Shown here: positions 10,450-21,328 of the stretch, in pieces
Layout: each line of letters opens with the position of its first letter
Position numbering within the stretch: position 1 is the stretch's first letter
Assembly (NCBI RefSeq): GCF_006381105.1
Contig: NZ_VDET01000002.1
Coordinates: forward strand, 965,578-1,029,577
Direction of reading: 5' to 3'
Length of the DNA stretch: 64,000 nucleotides
DNA from: Flavicella sediminum
GTDB taxonomy: Bacteria > Bacteroidota > Bacteroidia > Flavobacteriales > Flavobacteriaceae
Made by a program: the position numbers and the translations under genes
The notes under the pieces: model-generated
Databases searched by the model: none
What the model was told of the DNA's origin: nothing
The model's input: only the letters and a program-made list of their open reading frames with translations

Positions 10450-11421
10450 TTAAAAATCAGCATCAAAGCTAATAGATCCTGTACCGCCAGATTTTACTCC
10501 CGCTTTTTGGTACTCAGAAACTCTTTTTTCGAAGAAATTTGTTTTTCCTTCTAAAGAAATCATTTCCATAAAGTCAAATGGGTTAGAAACATTATACACT
10601 TTATCACAACCAAATTCAGTTAAAAGTCTATCTGTTACATACTCTAAATACTGTATCATTAATTTTGAATTCATACCAATTAAACTAACAGGTAAAGATT
10701 CTGTAATAAATACACGTTCTATATCTAAGGCGTCCACAATAATTTCAGTGATACGTTCTTTAGGCACTTTGTTAACAATATGATTGTTATGAAGATGAAC
10801 TGCGAAGTCACAGTGCAAACCTTCATCTCTTGAAATTAATTCATTTGAAAATGTCAATCCTGGCAATAAACCTCTCTTTTTCAACCAGAAGATAGAACAA
10901 AAACTACCTGAGAAGAAAATCCCTTCAACAGCAGCAAAGGCAATTAGTCTTTCAGCAAAAGAATCAGACTCGATCCATTTTAAAGCCCAATCTGCTTTTA
11001 ATTTAATTGCAGGAAAAACTTCAATAGCTCTAAAAAGCTCATCTTTTTCAGCTTCATTCTTTACATAAGTATCAATCAATAAAGAATATACTTCTGAATG
11101 AATATTCTCCATCATAATTTGGAATCCGTAGAAAAATTTTGCTTCAGAATATTGTACTTCACTTACAAAATTTTCCGCTAAATTTTCATTTACAATTCCA
11201 TCTGAAGCTGCGAAAAATGCTAAAATATGTTTGATAAAGTATCTTTCATCATTACTCAACTTATTCTCCCAGTCTGTTACATCTTGATGTAAATCAATTT
11301 CTTCAGCTGTCCAAATACTCGCTTCTTGTTTTTTATACCATTCCCATATATCTTGGTGTTGAATTGGAAAAATAACAAATCTATTGTCATTTGGCTGTAA
11401 AATTGGTTCTATTTGGGACAT
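10450..11421 (-). CDS. nrdB: Class Ia ribonucleotide reductase beta (R2) subunit
   Basis: 323 aa with di-iron and tyrosyl-radical-site residues (...[11 protein letters not shown]..., [17 protein letters not shown]). Immediately upstream of nrdA on the same strand. Confidence 0.9.
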   Translation of the reverse strand: MSQIEPILQPNDNRFVIFPIQHQDIWEWYKKQEASIWTAEEIDLHQDVTDWENKLSNDERYFIKHILAFFAASDGIVNENLAENFVSEVQYSEAKFFYGFQIMMENIHSEVYSLLIDTYVKNEAEKDELFRAIEVFPAIKLKADWALKWIESDSFAERLIAFAAVEGIFFSGSFCSIFWLKKRGLLPGLTFSNELISRDEGLHCDFAVHLHNNHIVNKVPKERITEIIVDALDIERVFITESLPVSLIGMNSKLMIQYLEYVTDRLLTEFGCDKVYNVSNPFDFMEMISLEGKTNFFEKRVSEYQKAGVKSGGTGSISFDADF

Positions 11422-11796
11422 TTTTGGATGTATTTTTAGGGTGTGAAATATTTGTTGTTTTCTGCTTCACAAAGATTGTAAAAATTGCTGCTAAATGAAA
11501 GTCTTACTTATCCACAAAAAAGCAAAGTTCTTAACAATACGCTCTTTTCGGGCTAAAAACCACAAAAAACACACTTTATAACATGCTTTATTACAGTGAT
11601 TTATATTTTAAAAATCGCTAAAACCCTGATTACACATAGCATAAGGCTATGCGCTTAGGACTGTTGATTCACTTAATTTTTTCGCAAAAATGCACCCCAC
11701 AAAAACAATTACTAAAACAAAAAAGTTAGCACATTTTCTAGCAACTTATGTTTATAAAATGGAGAATTTTGCAACAATTTTCAAAAAGGAATAATT

Positions 11797-12369
11797 TTAT
11801 TTTTTCAGATGATCTTCGGCTACTTTTTCCAACTCAGTATACCAATCTTCGCCAAATTTTCGAATCAAAGCTTGCTTTACAAATTTATAAACGGGCACTT
11901 GCAATTCTTTACCCAAGCTACAAGCATCATCACAAATTTCCCATTTATCATAGTTCACTCCAGAAAATTCTGTATACTCTCGAACTCTGACAGGATACAA
12001 ATGACAAGACACTGGTTTTTTCCAAGTAATTAAACCACTATTATACGCTTCTTCAATAGCGCAAAGTGCGGTATTTTTTTCATCAAAAATCACATAAGCA
12101 CAATCGGCATTATTAATCAAAGGCGTTTCATGCTCACCAAAATCATTGGTTGTGTAAACACCTTGTTTTTCAATAGCATCAATCCCTTCCTTTCTTAAAA
12201 AAGGTTTTACCTCTGGATAAATGTCTTTCATTATTTGAAGTTCATTCTCCTCTAACGGCGCACCTGCGTCACCAGCAATACAGCAAGCTCCTTTACAAGC
12301 TGATAGATTGCAAACAAAATCTTTTTCGATAATATCTTCCGATACAATGGTTTTTCCTAGTTGAAACAT
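11797..12369 (-). CDS. DUF3109-family Cys-rich protein
   Basis: 190 aa from the ATG at 12367-12369 (the track start at 12417 is a TTG). Cys clusters: CNLSACKGACCIAG and CDDAC. Assigned to this conserved Bacteroidota family from memory only. Confidence 0.45.
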   Translation of the reverse strand: MFQLGKTIVSEDIIEKDFVCNLSACKGACCIAGDAGAPLEENELQIMKDIYPEVKPFLRKEGIDAIEKQGVYTTNDFGEHETPLINNADCAYVIFDEKNTALCAIEEAYNSGLITWKKPVSCHLYPVRVREYTEFSGVNYDKWEICDDACSLGKELQVPVYKFVKQALIRKFGEDWYTELEKVAEDHLKK

Positions 12370-12467
12370 CCAGCAAAAATAATGGAAATATTTGACTACT
12401 CGCAAAAATTTCAACAAACACTCGTAGAAATTTCACTAACTTCGATGTCAGAATAAACAACAAACGC

Positions 12468-13049
12468 ATGCAATTAAATTTAAAAGAAATACTTACCGCT
12501 TTTATGGTCTTATTTGCCGTAATTGATGTGATTGGAAACATTCCCATTGTAATTGACTTACGCAAAAAAGCAGGTCATATTCAATCTGAAAAAGCGGCAA
12601 TCATATCAGGAGTTATTATGGTTATTTTTCTTTTTTTAGGAAAAAGCCTTCTAACATTTATAGGCATTGATGTAAATTCATTTGCCGTTGCAGGTTCCTT
12701 TATCTTATTTTTTATTGCTTTAGAAATGATTTTGGGCATTACTCTTTATAAAGAGGATGAAGACACCTCCTCTTCCACTGCTTCTATATTCCCACTAGCT
12801 TTTCCTCTAATAGCCGGGCCAGGAAGCTTAACCACACTTTTATCTTTACGAGCAGAATTCCGTATAGAAAATATTATTGTGGCCGTTATTTTTAATGTCA
12901 TTGTTATTTACATTGTACTAAAGACTTCAACCAAGATTGAAAAAATTTTAGGACCAAACGGCATTAAGATAATTCGTAAAATATTTGGTGTCATCTTACT
13001 AGCCATTGCTGTAAAATTATTTACTGCCAATATAAAGGAACTATTTTAA
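12468..13049 (+). CDS. MarC/UPF0056 (NAAT-family) integral membrane protein
   Basis: 193 aa, six hydrophobic segments, family-typical N-terminus LTAFMVLFAVIDVIGNIPIV. Confidence 0.65.
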   Translation: MQLNLKEILTAFMVLFAVIDVIGNIPIVIDLRKKAGHIQSEKAAIISGVIMVIFLFLGKSLLTFIGIDVNSFAVAGSFILFFIALEMILGITLYKEDEDTSSSTASIFPLAFPLIAGPGSLTTLLSLRAEFRIENIIVAVIFNVIVIYIVLKTSTKIEKILGPNGIKIIRKIFGVILLAIAVKLFTANIKELF

Positions 13050-13140
13050 CAAAAGTAAACTCTTAACTAAATCTTTAAAACAAAAAACACCTTTTAATTC
13101 CAAAGAATCAAAAGGTGCTTACAATATTATTAATTACTGA

Positions 13141-14991
13141 CTATTCTACAGTAACAGATTTCGCTAAATTTCTAGGTTGATCTACATTACACCCTCTTAA
13201 CACAGCAACATGGTAAGACAACAACTGCAATGGAATTGTAGTTAACAAAGGACTCAAAGCCTCATCTACTTCAGGAATTTCAATGACATGATCTGCCATT
13301 TCTTTCACAATTACATCTCCTTCAGTAACAATCGCAATTATTTTCCCTTTACGAGATTTTATTTCTTGTATATTACTAACAACCTTATCATAGTGCCCTT
13401 TATTGATAGCTATAACAATAACAGGATATCCGTCTTCAATTAATGCAATAGGACCATGTTTCATTTCTGCAGCAGGATACCCTTCAGCATGGATGTAAGA
13501 AATTTCTTTCAATTTCAAAGCACCTTCTAAAGCTACTGGAAAATTATAACCTCTCCCTAAAAACAAACAACTTGGCGTTTCTAAAAAGCCGGCAGCAATT
13601 TCTTTTATTTTAGCATCCTGTTCAAGTAACTTCTCTACTTTTGAAGGAATCAACTCCATGTTTTGCAAATAAGCATGGAAATCTGAATTTGAAATTTTCC
13701 CTTTTTCCTTTCCTAATTTTAATGCAATTAGTGTTAACAAAGTAATTTGTGTAGTAAATGCCTTTGTTGAAGCCACTCCAATTTCTGGTCCAGCATGCGT
13801 ATAAGCTCCAGAATGAGACTCACGAGCAATAGAAGACCCAACAACATTACAAACACCAAACACATAAGCTCCGTTTGCCTTAGCCATTTTAATAGCTGCC
13901 AACGAATCTGCAGTTTCACCAGATTGAGAAATAGCAATCACCACATCTCTTTCCGTTATGATTGGATTTCTATATCTAAATTCAGAAGCATACTCAACTT
14001 CCACTGGAATTCTTGCAATATCTTCAAACAAATATTCAGCAACTAAACCAGCATGCCAAGACGTACCACAAGCGATGATAATAATTCTATCGGCAGATTT
14101 AAATCTTTCGATATATTCTTCAACACCGGCCATGCGAATAATTCCTTCGTTAGGCAACAACCTACCTCTATAAGTATCTTTTATAGCTTTTGGTTGCTCA
14201 TAAATTTCTTTCAACATAAAGTGATCGAAACCTTCTTTTTCTATCTGAGAAAGATCTAAATCTAAAGCATGCACCTCAGGATTTACCGCTGAATCATCAT
14301 GCACTTTTCGAACTTCTACCTCTTTTCCTATTTTTATAACAGCCAATTCTTCGTCTTCCAAATAAATTGCGTTCTTGGTATATTCAATAAATGGAGAAGC
14401 ATCAGAAGCGATAAAAAACTCTTCATTATTCTCCCCAATACCAATAGCTAAAGGACTCCCTAATTTTGCTGCAATTATTTTTTTAGGGTCATTTATATCA
14501 AAAACAGCAATGGCATACGCTCCAACAACATCATTCAATGCTAATTGAACTGCTTTCGCTAGCTTACACTTTTCTTGCTTTTGAACTTCTTCAATAAGAT
14601 TTACCAAAACCTCAGAATCCGTATCACTATGAAAAATATATCCTCTAGTTACTAATTCTTTCTTTATCTTATCATAATTCTCAATGATACCATTGTGAAC
14701 AATTGTCAAATTTCCAGAATTAGACACATGAGGATGCGAATTCACATCGTTTGGAACTCCATGAGTTGCCCAACGTGTATGCCCAATACTAATAGTACCT
14801 TTTTTATTAGCTTCTGTTACGATAGCTTCTAAATCAGCAACTTTTCCTTTAGTCTTAAATACATTTGCTTTTTCGCCATCATATACCATGATTCCGGCAC
14901 TATCGTAGCCACGATATTCTAATCTTTGTAAACCTTTTATTACTATTGGATACGCATCTCTACTTCCAATATAACCTGTAATTCCACACAT
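13141..14991 (-). CDS. glmS: Glutamine--fructose-6-phosphate aminotransferase (isomerizing)
   Basis: 616 aa. Starts MCGITGYIG (Ntn Cys). Two SIS domains. C-terminal ...KSVTVE. Confidence 0.95.
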   Translation of the reverse strand: MCGITGYIGSRDAYPIVIKGLQRLEYRGYDSAGIMVYDGEKANVFKTKGKVADLEAIVTEANKKGTISIGHTRWATHGVPNDVNSHPHVSNSGNLTIVHNGIIENYDKIKKELVTRGYIFHSDTDSEVLVNLIEEVQKQEKCKLAKAVQLALNDVVGAYAIAVFDINDPKKIIAAKLGSPLAIGIGENNEEFFIASDASPFIEYTKNAIYLEDEELAVIKIGKEVEVRKVHDDSAVNPEVHALDLDLSQIEKEGFDHFMLKEIYEQPKAIKDTYRGRLLPNEGIIRMAGVEEYIERFKSADRIIIIACGTSWHAGLVAEYLFEDIARIPVEVEYASEFRYRNPIITERDVVIAISQSGETADSLAAIKMAKANGAYVFGVCNVVGSSIARESHSGAYTHAGPEIGVASTKAFTTQITLLTLIALKLGKEKGKISNSDFHAYLQNMELIPSKVEKLLEQDAKIKEIAAGFLETPSCLFLGRGYNFPVALEGALKLKEISYIHAEGYPAAEMKHGPIALIEDGYPVIVIAINKGHYDKVVSNIQEIKSRKGKIIAIVTEGDVIVKEMADHVIEIPEVDEALSPLLTTIPLQLLSYHVAVLRGCNVDQPRNLAKSVTVE

Positions 14992-15007
14992 AACAATTAG
15001 TGATTAT

Positions 15008-16651
15008 TTATTTTGAATAATTAATTCGTAAATCTGTTTTATCAGCAGCCAACACAACACCTTTATGTTGCCAATTTCTCGTATCAACATTAACATCACT
15101 AGTCGTAGTTGGCGTGTCTCCGGGTACATAAACCTTCAACATCAATTGATCCATATTTTCTGTGCTGTCAAAATCTATTAACTCTTTTATATAATCTGTA
15201 AGATAAAACTTGTAAGAATACGTGTATGTTTCCAATCCTACTCCACTTTCATCAAGATCCTCTACTCTACTCAATAATCCTTGTACTGAAGAAAAAGAAG
15301 CGTTAAAATAGTCTTCTATCTGTAATAAAGAACCTTCCTTATTTCTATACAAAAACAAACGTGCTGGAAAAGCAATCTCTGTATCTTTATAGACATAAAC
15401 ATTAGTATCATTCAACTCAGGAGTATTCGATTCATCTACAAACACTTCCAAAACAGCTTCATTCACCAACCACTGTAAATTACCATTGTCATTATTTGCT
15501 TCATCACGCATTTTTTCAATTGTAGTTGAAGCACCTGCATCTCCAAATAAATCGATTGAGACTTCGTAACCACCCGCACCTTGCAGGTACAACTTATTAG
15601 TCTGATCATCTTCCAAGTCATGATTATGTGTATAATTACTTACAGCAATACCTCCCGACATAGACAAGCTTTCTTGTTTATAAATTGTATCCAATGCGAT
15701 ACCATCTACACCTCCAACACGTCCTGTAACGTACTCTGTATAATTAAAACTAATGAAGCCACTAGCAATAGGCAACGACAATAAAGTTTTTGTAGCTCCC
15801 GTTGGCTCTATATAAATTCCTTTAAAGAAACGTGTAAAATCGGCATTTGCTTTAAATGTATCCGACAAAGACTGCAAACTGTCTTTTGGAAACTCCTCTA
15901 AAAAAGCATCCTCAAAATATGCAATATCTTCTGACAGTGGTATGGTTATAAACGGAGAAGCATTTGTTAAAATAATTGAATCTTTCATGACCACTCCTGC
16001 TGTATTTCGATTGAAATAATACACCGTATCAATTGCATTTGGAGTTACAGATGCCGTTCCCAAAGTTCTTTCAAATGGAATATCCTGAAAATCATGGTCT
16101 GAATAATAACTATTACTTTTTGCAGGAGCATCAGGATTTAACGCAGTTAAAAACTCACCTAACTGACTTACTTTAAAATCTAAAGTTCCTGCCTTGTCTC
16201 CAAAAACAGAATCCAACTGATAAGCTCTTGTTTCAGAATCACTATCTATAGTAGAATAATAAGGCAACACTAAAAAAGCACCATCTAATTTTCGTTCCAC
16301 TTTTATATGCGTTGTATCTGCCACGTCAAAAGAAGGAAAAGTAGCAGAAAAGCCATTACCATCTAATAAAACCTGTGTAGCAATTGCCGCTTTTAGCTCT
16401 CCAAAAGTATCTTCTAGTTTTACTCCTAGTAAATACTCTGACAAATTATCTGAAGCCACTTTATCTACAGGTACCGTAGCAAGCACAGGATCGTTATCAA
16501 AGCTGTAGTCTTCTGTTACAAAATTTTTATTATCTGTAATAAAACCAGGCTGAACACTTTCTAAATCATTTTCACATGAAGTGCAAAAAAACAATAACGT
16601 TGAAAAAAGCAAGGCTCCTTTCAACGTATTTAAACTATATTTTGTCATCAA
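15008..16651 (-). CDS. Lipoprotein of unknown function, possibly DUF4270-like
   Basis: 547 aa, signal peptide and lipobox (LLFFCTSCEND). Its position between glmS and the glycogen-synthase-like gene is conserved in Flavobacteriia, as far as I recall. Confidence 0.4.
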   Translation of the reverse strand: MMTKYSLNTLKGALLFSTLLFFCTSCENDLESVQPGFITDNKNFVTEDYSFDNDPVLATVPVDKVASDNLSEYLLGVKLEDTFGELKAAIATQVLLDGNGFSATFPSFDVADTTHIKVERKLDGAFLVLPYYSTIDSDSETRAYQLDSVFGDKAGTLDFKVSQLGEFLTALNPDAPAKSNSYYSDHDFQDIPFERTLGTASVTPNAIDTVYYFNRNTAGVVMKDSIILTNASPFITIPLSEDIAYFEDAFLEEFPKDSLQSLSDTFKANADFTRFFKGIYIEPTGATKTLLSLPIASGFISFNYTEYVTGRVGGVDGIALDTIYKQESLSMSGGIAVSNYTHNHDLEDDQTNKLYLQGAGGYEVSIDLFGDAGASTTIEKMRDEANNDNGNLQWLVNEAVLEVFVDESNTPELNDTNVYVYKDTEIAFPARLFLYRNKEGSLLQIEDYFNASFSSVQGLLSRVEDLDESGVGLETYTYSYKFYLTDYIKELIDFDSTENMDQLMLKVYVPGDTPTTTSDVNVDTRNWQHKGVVLAADKTDLRINYSK

Positions 16652-16668
16652 TTTTTTTAAGGGTATAT

Positions 16669-17478
16669 TTAATTTAATACTTCGTTCGTGTAGAAGTCCA
16701 AATAAGCATCTGCAAAAGTATCTTCAGATAAAAACTCTAAAGAAGGCATGTTTTGAGCTGTAATAAACTCTGACAATTCATTTGACAAATCTTCACTTGC
16801 TTTGATAACTCCATCTGAATTTGCAATAGCGCTTTTCATGATGTTTAAATGGTTTGGCACTTTTAATATTTCTGCCTTATCGTCAGAGATATTATCAAAC
16901 TTTACCTTATCTATCAAACTAGAATTCAAAGCTCCTTCAAAATCTGAACTATACAATGAAGTAACAATTTTACTATCAGCAAACAAAGGATCGTCTTTGT
17001 AATATTCTTTTAAATACAAGGGTAATAAAGAAGCCATCCATCCATGCACGTGAATGATATCTGGTGCCCAATTTAGTTTTTTAACCGTTTCTATAACACC
17101 TTTTGCAAAAAAGATCGCTCTTTCGTCATTGTCTGTAAACAACTCAGAATTCTCATCCTTAAATGTTGCTTTTCTCTTAAAATACTCTTCGTTATCTATA
17201 AAGTACACCTGCATTCTTTCCTTCGGAATAGATGCTACTTTTATAATCAATGGCATATCCATATCATTGACAATCAAATTCATTCCAGACAAACGAATCA
17301 CTTCATGCAACTGGTATCTTCTTTCGTTAATAACTCCATATCTTGGCATAAAGATTCTAGTCTGTACTCCTTTATGATGGGCTTTTCTTGCTGCTTCAAA
17401 CGACATTGACGACATTTCTGTTTCTGGCAAGTATGGTAATACCTCAGAAGAAACGTACAAAACTCTCTTATCTTTCAT
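16669..17478 (-). CDS. Short glycogen/starch-synthase-like protein (GT5 N-terminal catalytic-domain homologue only)
   Basis: 269 aa, KRVLYVSSEVLPY...HVHGWMASLLPLYLK. Resembles only the N-terminal half of GlgA. Confidence 0.55.
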   Translation of the reverse strand: MKDKRVLYVSSEVLPYLPETEMSSMSFEAARKAHHKGVQTRIFMPRYGVINERRYQLHEVIRLSGMNLIVNDMDMPLIIKVASIPKERMQVYFIDNEEYFKRKATFKDENSELFTDNDERAIFFAKGVIETVKKLNWAPDIIHVHGWMASLLPLYLKEYYKDDPLFADSKIVTSLYSSDFEGALNSSLIDKVKFDNISDDKAEILKVPNHLNIMKSAIANSDGVIKASEDLSNELSEFITAQNMPSLEFLSEDTFADAYLDFYTNEVLN

Positions 17479-17581
17479 TTGCTAACTATTTGGGTTTTTA
17501 AAGAATCTTGCAAAAGTACGAATTTTTATGCTAATTTCATGTTAAAATACTAAGTTTGCAGTCATTTATCACGAACAAACC

Positions 17582-18424
17582 ATGAAAGTAATCTCAGAAA
17601 TTAGGGAAATAAGCAACACTCTAAGTCGCTTAAAATCATCAAACAATACCATTGGATTAATTCCTACCATGGGTGCTTTACATAAAGGTCATATTTCCTT
17701 AGTAGAAAAGTCTATTGCCGAAAATGACATTACTGTGGTAAGTATTTTTGTAAATCCTACTCAATTTGACAAGCAAGAAGACTTAACAAATTACCCTATT
17801 ACTATTGAAAAAGATTTAGAATTACTAGAAAAATCGGGGTGCGATTTTGTTTTCACACCTAAGGCTAACGAAATTTACGACAACAACATTAGCTCTCAAA
17901 AATTCTTATTTGACGGATTGGAACAACAAATGGAAGGCAAGCATAGAGCAGGTCATTTTGATGGTGTTGGCACCATTGTTAAAAAATTCTTTCTTATTAC
18001 GATGCCGAATATTGCCTATTTTGGAGAAAAAGATTTCCAACAATTACAAATCATAAAAAAATTGGTAGAACTCGAAAAATTAGACATCAAAATTATTGGC
18101 TGCCCAATTCATAGAGAAGAGGACGGACTTGCTATGAGCTCTAGAAACACTAGACTTACCGATCAACAAAGAAAGGACGCCCCGTTTATTTACAAAACAC
18201 TAAAAGAGGCACAAAATAAAATTGCCAAGCACAGTTTTACAGAAATTAACAGCTGGGTAAGCGAACAATTTAAAAAACATAAAACACTTAACCTAGAGTA
18301 CTTTGAAATTGCAGAAGAAGACACTTTAAAAACAGCTATCAAGAGAGAAAACAATAAAAAATACAGAGCTTTTATTGCCGTTTTTGCTGACAAAATCCGT
18401 CTCATAGATAATATTAGCCTTTAA
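17582..18424 (+). CDS. panC: Pantoate--beta-alanine ligase
   Basis: 280 aa with the signature GLIPTMGALHKGHISL. Confidence 0.9.
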   Translation: MKVISEIREISNTLSRLKSSNNTIGLIPTMGALHKGHISLVEKSIAENDITVVSIFVNPTQFDKQEDLTNYPITIEKDLELLEKSGCDFVFTPKANEIYDNNISSQKFLFDGLEQQMEGKHRAGHFDGVGTIVKKFFLITMPNIAYFGEKDFQQLQIIKKLVELEKLDIKIIGCPIHREEDGLAMSSRNTRLTDQQRKDAPFIYKTLKEAQNKIAKHSFTEINSWVSEQFKKHKTLNLEYFEIAEEDTLKTAIKRENNKKYRAFIAVFADKIRLIDNISL

Positions 18425-18485
18425 TTCTGAATGAAATTTATTCACTAAGAATACTCAATTCACACAAATTCACTAATTTTGCGCC

Positions 18486-18836
18486 ATGCAAATAGAAGTA
18501 GTAAAATCGAAGATACATAGAGTCAAAGTTACCGGTGCTGATTTACAGTACATTGGAAGCATTACTATTGACAAAGATTTAATGGATGCATCCAACTTAA
18601 TTGAAGGTGAAAAAGTCCAAATCGTAAATATAAACAACGGAGAACGCTTGGAAACTTATGTAATTCCTGGCGAAAGAAAAAGTGGTGAAATTACTTTAAA
18701 CGGACCTGCTGCAAGAAAAGTAGCCAAAGGAGATATTGTCATTATTATTTCTTACGCAACCATGGATTTTGAAGAAGCTAAAAACTTCACTCCCTCTTTA
18801 GTTTTCCCTAACGAATCAGACAATTCACTTACGTAA
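18486..18836 (+). CDS. panD: Aspartate 1-decarboxylase (pyruvoyl-dependent)
   Basis: 116 aa, [29 protein letters not shown]..., with the conserved G-S processing site at residues 24-25. Confidence 0.9.
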   Translation: MQIEVVKSKIHRVKVTGADLQYIGSITIDKDLMDASNLIEGEKVQIVNINNGERLETYVIPGERKSGEITLNGPAARKVAKGDIVIIISYATMDFEEAKNFTPSLVFPNESDNSLT

Positions 18837-18862
18837 TTTTGGCAGTAAACATTAAAAAATTA

Positions 18863-19816
18863 ATGAAAATCACCTTACCACTTGGTATTGGTGTATTTCT
18901 AATATGGATCTCTTTGTCTAAAATGACAAATACAGAGATTGAAGAAACAAAAACTGCATTTAAAACAGCAAACTATTGGTGGGTTGCTCTTTCGCTTTTT
19001 CTTGGTGTATTAAGTCATTTTTCAAGAGCCTATCGTTGGAAGTTTATGCTAGAGCCATTAGGTTACAAACCTAAATTTTTAAATAGTGCATTCGCGGTTA
19101 TTATTGCTTACTTAGTAAATCTAGGAATTCCTAGGGCGGGAGAACTCTCTAGAGCGGCCGTTCTTGCAGAATACGAAGACGTTCCTTTTGAAAAAGGGTT
19201 TGGAACCATTGTAGCAGAAAGAGTTGCCGATTTGGTGATGTATATGTTATTTATTTTACTCGCTTTTTTAGCTCAGTACGAATTGATTAAAAATATCATT
19301 GTTTCAAAACTTCCTAAAAACCCTTTGTACTCAGCTATCATTGCTCTACTTGTAATCAGCTGTATTTACCTATTTTTAAAATGGGTTAAAAAATCTAAAA
19401 AACCTGTTTTTATAAAATTACGAACCTTTATTTCTGGTCTTGTTGACGGCGTTAAAAGTTTATTGACCATGAAAAAAAAGTGGGCTTTTATTTTCCACAC
19501 CTTCTTTATTTGGATCATGTATATTTTAATGCTGTACGCAGCAAAATTTGCCATTCCAGAAACAGCCTCTATTTCCATCAACGCAGTACTTATTAGTTTT
19601 GTTGTAGGTACATTTAGCTATGCTGCTACCAACGGTGGAATTGGAGCTTACCCAATCGCCATCCAACAAGCCTTATTGCTTTATGGAGTTTCTTATTCAG
19701 GCGGTGCAAGTTTTGGATGGATTATGTGGAGCTCTCAAACTTTAATGGTTTTAGTGTTTGGTGGACTTTCATTTCTATTATTGCCACTTTACAACAAAAA
19801 ACGTTTACAATCTTAG
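18863..19816 (+). CDS. Flippase-like polytopic membrane protein (lysylphosphatidylglycerol-synthase TM-region family)
   Basis: About 8 TM helices. Start taken at the ATG at 18863; the track start at 18839 is a TTG. Family assignment rests on size and TM pattern only. Confidence 0.45.
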   Translation: MKITLPLGIGVFLIWISLSKMTNTEIEETKTAFKTANYWWVALSLFLGVLSHFSRAYRWKFMLEPLGYKPKFLNSAFAVIIAYLVNLGIPRAGELSRAAVLAEYEDVPFEKGFGTIVAERVADLVMYMLFILLAFLAQYELIKNIIVSKLPKNPLYSAIIALLVISCIYLFLKWVKKSKKPVFIKLRTFISGLVDGVKSLLTMKKKWAFIFHTFFIWIMYILMLYAAKFAIPETASISINAVLISFVVGTFSYAATNGGIGAYPIAIQQALLLYGVSYSGGASFGWIMWSSQTLMVLVFGGLSFLLLPLYNKKRLQS

Positions 19817-19893
19817 CTATAAAAATGCAATGCTATTTCTAAGCTAAGCTCTTTAAGCATATATTTACAACTCAATTTTTCATACACCTTGAA

Positions 19894-21249
19894 ATGAGTA
19901 AAGTCAAAACAACTTTTTTTTGTCAAAATTGTGGCACCCAACACCCAAAATGGATGGGACAGTGTGGTACTTGTAGCCAATGGAACACCATTACCGAAGA
20001 AATTATTCAAAAAGAAGAAAAACGAACTTGGAAACAAAGCAGCGCTACCAAAACAATAAATAAAGCACTGCCAATTGCAGCCATTGAAATTCGAAAAGAA
20101 CAAAGAATACACACGCACAACAACGAACTAAACACCGTATTAGGTGGCGGATTAGTACCAGGCTCCGTTATTTTACTTGGTGGAGAACCAGGCATCGGAA
20201 AATCTACTTTACTACTACAAATTGCGTTGCAAATGCAGCAAAGAATATTGTATGTTTCTGGAGAAGAAAGCCAGTCGCAAATAAAAATGAGAGCTGAACG
20301 TTTGCACTCAAAAAATTCAAATTGTCTTATTCTTACAGAAACAAACACGCAAGCCATTTTCAAAAGCATTGAAGAAAATGAACCTGAAGTTTTAGTCATT
20401 GACTCCATACAAACTCTTTACACCAATCAAATAGACGCTTCTCCTGGAACGGTTTCTCAAATAAAGGAAACTACGGCAGAGCTGATAAAATTCGCCAAAG
20501 AAACAGCCACTCCTGTTCTTGTTATTGGACACATCAACAAAGAAGGAAGCATTGCCGGCCCTAAAATTTTAGAACACATGGTAGATGTTGTTTTACAATT
20601 TGAAGGAGATCGAAATCACACCTACCGTATCTTACGTTCACAAAAAAACAGATTTGGCTCAACTGCTGAATTAGGTATTTACGAAATGTTAAGCAATGGT
20701 TTAAGAGAAGTAACCAATCCTTCGGAAATACTAATCAGCGAAAAAGACGACGACCTAAGCGGAACAGCTATTGCAGCCACCCAAGAAGGCATGCGTCCGT
20801 TAATGATTGAAGTCCAAGCCTTGGTAAGCACAGCGGTTTACGGAACACCACAGAGATCGGCTACGGGCTACAACTTAAAACGCCTGAACATGATTTTAGC
20901 TGTTTTAGAAAAACGAGCAGGATTTAGATTGGGCGCCAAAGATGTATTTTTAAATATTACTGGTGGAATCCATGTAGACGACCCAGCCATCGACTTAGCT
21001 GTGGTCATTTCAATTTTATCATCCAACAATGACGAAGCCATTCCGCAAAATTATTGTTTTGCAGCAGAAATTGGTTTGTCTGGTGAAATACGCCCTGTAA
21101 ACAGAATTGAGCAACGAATCTCAGAAGCTGAAAAACTAGGTTTCGATAAAATTTTTATTTCAAAATTCAATAAATTCTCTCAAAAAGAACACAATATTGA
21201 AATCATGTCCATTTCAAAAATTGAAGAAATTTACCATTTGTTATTTTAA
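19894..21249 (+). CDS. radA: DNA repair protein RadA/Sms
   Basis: 451 aa. Zinc ribbon CQNCGTQHPKWMGQCGTCSQWNT. Walker A GGEPGIGKST. RadA KNRFG motif. Lon-like C-terminal domain. Confidence 0.9.
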   Translation: MSKVKTTFFCQNCGTQHPKWMGQCGTCSQWNTITEEIIQKEEKRTWKQSSATKTINKALPIAAIEIRKEQRIHTHNNELNTVLGGGLVPGSVILLGGEPGIGKSTLLLQIALQMQQRILYVSGEESQSQIKMRAERLHSKNSNCLILTETNTQAIFKSIEENEPEVLVIDSIQTLYTNQIDASPGTVSQIKETTAELIKFAKETATPVLVIGHINKEGSIAGPKILEHMVDVVLQFEGDRNHTYRILRSQKNRFGSTAELGIYEMLSNGLREVTNPSEILISEKDDDLSGTAIAATQEGMRPLMIEVQALVSTAVYGTPQRSATGYNLKRLNMILAVLEKRAGFRLGAKDVFLNITGGIHVDDPAIDLAVVISILSSNNDEAIPQNYCFAAEIGLSGEIRPVNRIEQRISEAEKLGFDKIFISKFNKFSQKEHNIEIMSISKIEEIYHLLF

Positions 21250-21276
21250 AATTCAAAACAAAATTAAGCACAAAAA

Positions 21277-21312
21277 AATGCCGTTTTAGGACTACTAAAA
21301 CGGCATTTATTA
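21277..21312. terminator. Bidirectional intrinsic terminator between the convergent radA and hemD-like genes
   Basis: GCCGTTTTAG-gactacta-AAACGGC stem-loop flanked by A and T runs. Confidence 0.55.
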
Positions 21313-21328
21313 TTTTGTAAGAAAAATC

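Noticed and set aside
11422-11796. NrdR box upstream of nrdB
   Set aside because: I searched by eye for the acaCwAtATaTwGtgt-type palindrome pairs. Only weak partial matches turned up (ACACATAGCATAAGG), not enough to call.
19813-20408. Minus-strand ORFs of 101 and 133 aa overlapping radA
   Set aside because: They are fully embedded in the well-supported radA CDS. They are Cys/Phe-rich low-complexity sequences with no motifs.
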